Positions 43,014-45,180 of a stretch of DNA of 45,180 nucleotides are shown one piece after another. The position numbers and the translations under genes were made by a program. Every line of letters starts with the position of its first letter. Position 1 is the first letter of the stretch. The stretch covers positions 1 to 45,180 of the forward strand of contig JBEKYE010000001.1 of NCBI GenBank assembly GCA_049511275.1, written 5' to 3'. The notes beneath the pieces were generated by a model, which was not told where the DNA came from, made no database searches, and saw nothing but the letters and a program-made list of their open reading frames with translations. The stretch is from Bryobacteraceae bacterium (GTDB taxonomy: Bacteria > Acidobacteriota > Terriglobia > Bryobacterales > Bryobacteraceae).

Positions 43014-44567
43014 ATGGCGGTAACGAGGCGTTATTTCTTCTATGGCAGCCTGTTGGCCGGCGCTGTTCCGGCGATGGGATTCGGCAGTACGCCATCATTG
43101 AAGGCCGCGGGATACAAATCCCCCAACGAAAAGCTGAACTTCGGCGCGATCGGGTCCGGCGGCCAGGGTGCCCAGAATATATTGGCCGCTGCACCCACGG
43201 AAAACATCGTGGCGCTGTGCGATGTGGACGACCGGCGCGCCGCCAACAGCTTTACCCGCTTCGACAAGGCGGCGAAATACCGGGACTTCCGGCGGATGCT
43301 CGATAAGGAAGGCAAGAACATCGACGCCGTGATCGTCGCCATACCGGATCACATGCATGCCACGGCGGCGATGTGGTGCATGGAACGCGGCAAGCACGTT
43401 TACGTGCAAAAGCCGCTGGTGCGCACCATCTGGGAAGCGCGCCAATTGCGCGCGGCGGCGGCGAAATACAAGGTCGCCACGCAGATGGGCAACCAGGGCT
43501 ACTCCAACGAAGGCACGCGGCAGTGCGCCGAGATGGTCTGGAACGGCGATATCGGCAACGTCACCGAAGTGCACGCGTGGAGCGACCGGCCGATGTGGCC
43601 GCAGGGGTTGACCGAGATTCCGAAAGAGGATCCGGTCCCATCCACGCTGGATTGGGACCTTTGGCTGGGCATGGCCGAAAAGCGGCCGTTCACGGCCAAC
43701 GGCAAGACCGAGCCAGATCGTAACGGCGGCTTCTTCTACCAACCGTTCAACTGGCGCGGGTTCTACGATTTCGGCTGCGGAGCGCTGGGAGATATGGCAT
43801 GCCACATCCTGGGTGCGCCGAATATGGCGCTGCACCTGTCGAACCGCAAGGTCGTCGGCGTGGAGTGCATCCGGAAGGAAGGCGCGAGCCCCTTCATGTT
43901 CCCGAAGGGCTCGGCGATCCGGTACGATTTCGCCGCCTACGGCGACATGCCGGCGCTCAAGATTTTCTGGTACGACGGTCTCAAGGAGACTCCCAGGATC
44001 CCCGGTGTTCCGGACGGCGAGTGGCTCGGCGATCCGCCCAACCTCCCGGGTGCCGGCGGAAGGGGCGGACCCGGCGGCGGGCGAATGGGTATGGGCGCGA
44101 TGAGCCCCGCGGGCAACGACTTTCGCTCTCCCGGCCGCGTTTTCAACTGGACGGAATTCGAAGCCCTAAAGGCATTCACCACGCCGCTGCGCTTCCCCGT
44201 GCCCGATGGCAGCCTGTTCATCGGTGACAAGGGCATGCTGACCACCGGCACCTACGGCGACGTGACGCGCCTGCTCCCGGTGGAGAAAATGAAGGACTAC
44301 CGGATGCCGCCCCCGCTGCTGACGCGTTCCCCCGGCCACATGCGAGATTTCATACGCGCCTGCAAGGGCGGCGACGCCGCATGCTCGAACTTCGACGTGG
44401 CCGCGCCCTTCGTGGAATGGATGCTGTTGGGCGTGATTGCGCTCCGTCACGAGGGCCAGCTGCAATACGATCCGGACAAGATGCGCATCACCAATAACGT
44501 GGAGGCCAACAAACTCCTCAAACCTAATTTCCGCAAGGGTTGGGAGTTCCACGCGGTCAAGTCATAA
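43014..44567 (+). CDS. Gfo/Idh/MocA-family NAD(P)-dependent oxidoreductase with Tat leader
   Basis: 517 aa. It has the 'TRRYFFYGSLLAGAVPAMG' leader, the 'LNFGAIGSGGQGAQN' Rossmann motif, and 'IPDHMHA...GKHVYVQKPL'. Confidence 0.85.
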   Translation: MAVTRRYFFYGSLLAGAVPAMGFGSTPSLKAAGYKSPNEKLNFGAIGSGGQGAQNILAAAPTENIVALCDVDDRRAANSFTRFDKAAKYRDFRRMLDKEGKNIDAVIVAIPDHMHATAAMWCMERGKHVYVQKPLVRTIWEARQLRAAAAKYKVATQMGNQGYSNEGTRQCAEMVWNGDIGNVTEVHAWSDRPMWPQGLTEIPKEDPVPSTLDWDLWLGMAEKRPFTANGKTEPDRNGGFFYQPFNWRGFYDFGCGALGDMACHILGAPNMALHLSNRKVVGVECIRKEGASPFMFPKGSAIRYDFAAYGDMPALKIFWYDGLKETPRIPGVPDGEWLGDPPNLPGAGGRGGPGGGRMGMGAMSPAGNDFRSPGRVFNWTEFEALKAFTTPLRFPVPDGSLFIGDKGMLTTGTYGDVTRLLPVEKMKDYRMPPPLLTRSPGHMRDFIRACKGGDAACSNFDVAAPFVEWMLLGVIALRHEGQLQYDPDKMRITNNVEANKLLKPNFRKGWEFHAVKS

Positions 44568-44574
44568 TTCGTCT

Positions 44575-44745
44575 AAACCGGAATACGTGGACCACTACAA
44601 CAACGTCCGACTGAACAGCGCCACGGGCTACATTACGCCGAAGGACATGCTGGCGGGGCGGGATCGAGAGATCCATGCAGAGCGCGACCGGAAGTTGGAG
44701 GCGGCACGGAAGCAACGGCAGATTCGTCGCAAGCATGCCGCTTGA
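44575..44745 (+). pseudogene. C-terminal remnant of an rve/DDE integrase-type IS transposase
   Basis: It translates to 'KPEYVDHYNNVRLNSATGYITPKDMLAGRDREIHAERDRKLEAARKQRQIRRK', which is typical of the extreme C-terminus of IS3/IS481-like transposases. No upstream catalytic region is present. Confidence 0.6.
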
Positions 44746-44835
44746 CGCATCGATCGCTCTGTTGGGCGTGGGAGGCGGAGGCTCAAGTTCCGGTTTGCCG
44801 ACCATACGCCCGGAGTCGCGCTGATCGTTCCCTCG

Positions 44836-45180
44836 TCAGGCTTCCCGTTCTTCGCCCCGCGAGCAAATGCAAACCTGGCGTGGACTGGTTGAGGTGAAAG
44901 TCTCACGGGTGAACTCGCCGTATCGCGTTTCCAGGCGAAGACCGCCGTAGTCGAGCAGCAGCAATAGTTCTTGAGGGAAAATTACGCGCAAACGGAACTC
45001 GACCACCTGGAAGTCGGGCTTATCCGGCGTCGACAGGTACCACGCGATTCGGCGGACCTGTTCGGCTGCGTCGTATTCGGCTGTTTCCTCGACGGTGATT
45101 TCGCCTCGCTCGGGGTGGGTGACGCGGAGAACAAAATGGCGCTCTCCCGGTTCGCGAGTCAGCCTAGCGAGATCCCATTT
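44836..45180 (-). CDS. Class I SAM-dependent methyltransferase, C-terminal part (5' end outside window)
   Basis: I translated this by hand because it is not in the ORF track and runs off the window. The sequence is '...RIAWYLSTPDKPDFQVVEFRLRVIFPQELLLLLDYGGLRLETRYGEFTRETFTSTSPRQVCICSR*', a typical C-terminal pattern for small methyltransferases. Confidence 0.55.
   Translation of the reverse strand, partial: KWDLARLTREPGERHFVLRVTHPERGEITVEETAEYDAAEQVRRIAWYLSTPDKPDFQVVEFRLRVIFPQELLLLLDYGGLRLETRYGEFTRETFTSTSPRQVCICSRGEEREA

Noticed and set aside
1-45180. CRISPR arrays, tRNA/rRNA genes, prophage or integron features.
   Set aside because: I saw no regularly spaced direct repeats, no cloverleaf-like sequences in the intergenic regions, and no integrase, phage or cas-like translations. 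The only mobile-element trace is the transposase tail at 44575-44745.

Overview
GC-rich bacterial chromosomal window. The gene content looks Acidobacteriota-like: a CarboxypepD_reg-type TonB-dependent receptor, many Tat-signal Gfo/Idh/MocA and xylose-isomerase-like proteins, and a sedolisin. That taxonomic call is inference only. About 40 protein genes are supported, mostly housekeeping or central metabolism. They include lysC, cmk, yacL-like/ispD/ispF, a PpiD-like chaperone, DedA, a DmsABC-type Mo-oxidoreductase, a delta/alpha/beta-gamma 2-oxoacid:ferredoxin oxidoreductase, and two tandem but different glutamate dehydrogenases. There is also a carbohydrate-related block: a TonB receptor, a PI-PLC-like protein, a GH38-like protein, and Tat-exported oxidoreductase/TIM-barrel proteins. 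I saw no rRNA, tRNA, CRISPR array or intact mobile element, only a transposase C-terminal remnant at about 44575-44745. The most interesting locus is 28156-33191 on the minus strand. It is a five-gene operon joined by overlapping start/stop codons (HAD hydrolase, deoxyhypusine-synthase-fold protein, HldE-kinase-like PfkB kinase, ROK kinase, GmhA-like SIS isomerase). About 250 bp downstream on the same strand sits an atypical EF-P whose modification loop is extended and lacks the canonical Lys. A Shine-Dalgarno-equipped, Pro-Pro-containing small ORF lies between the operon and efp. Intergenic regions carry at least three families of short GC-rich hairpin repeats, including one head-to-head pair. 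There is also a 22-nt motif shared by two unrelated leaders, a relic of a GDH 3' end, and a terminator-like leader hairpin upstream of gdhA. All functional calls come from reading the translations by eye, with no database searches.
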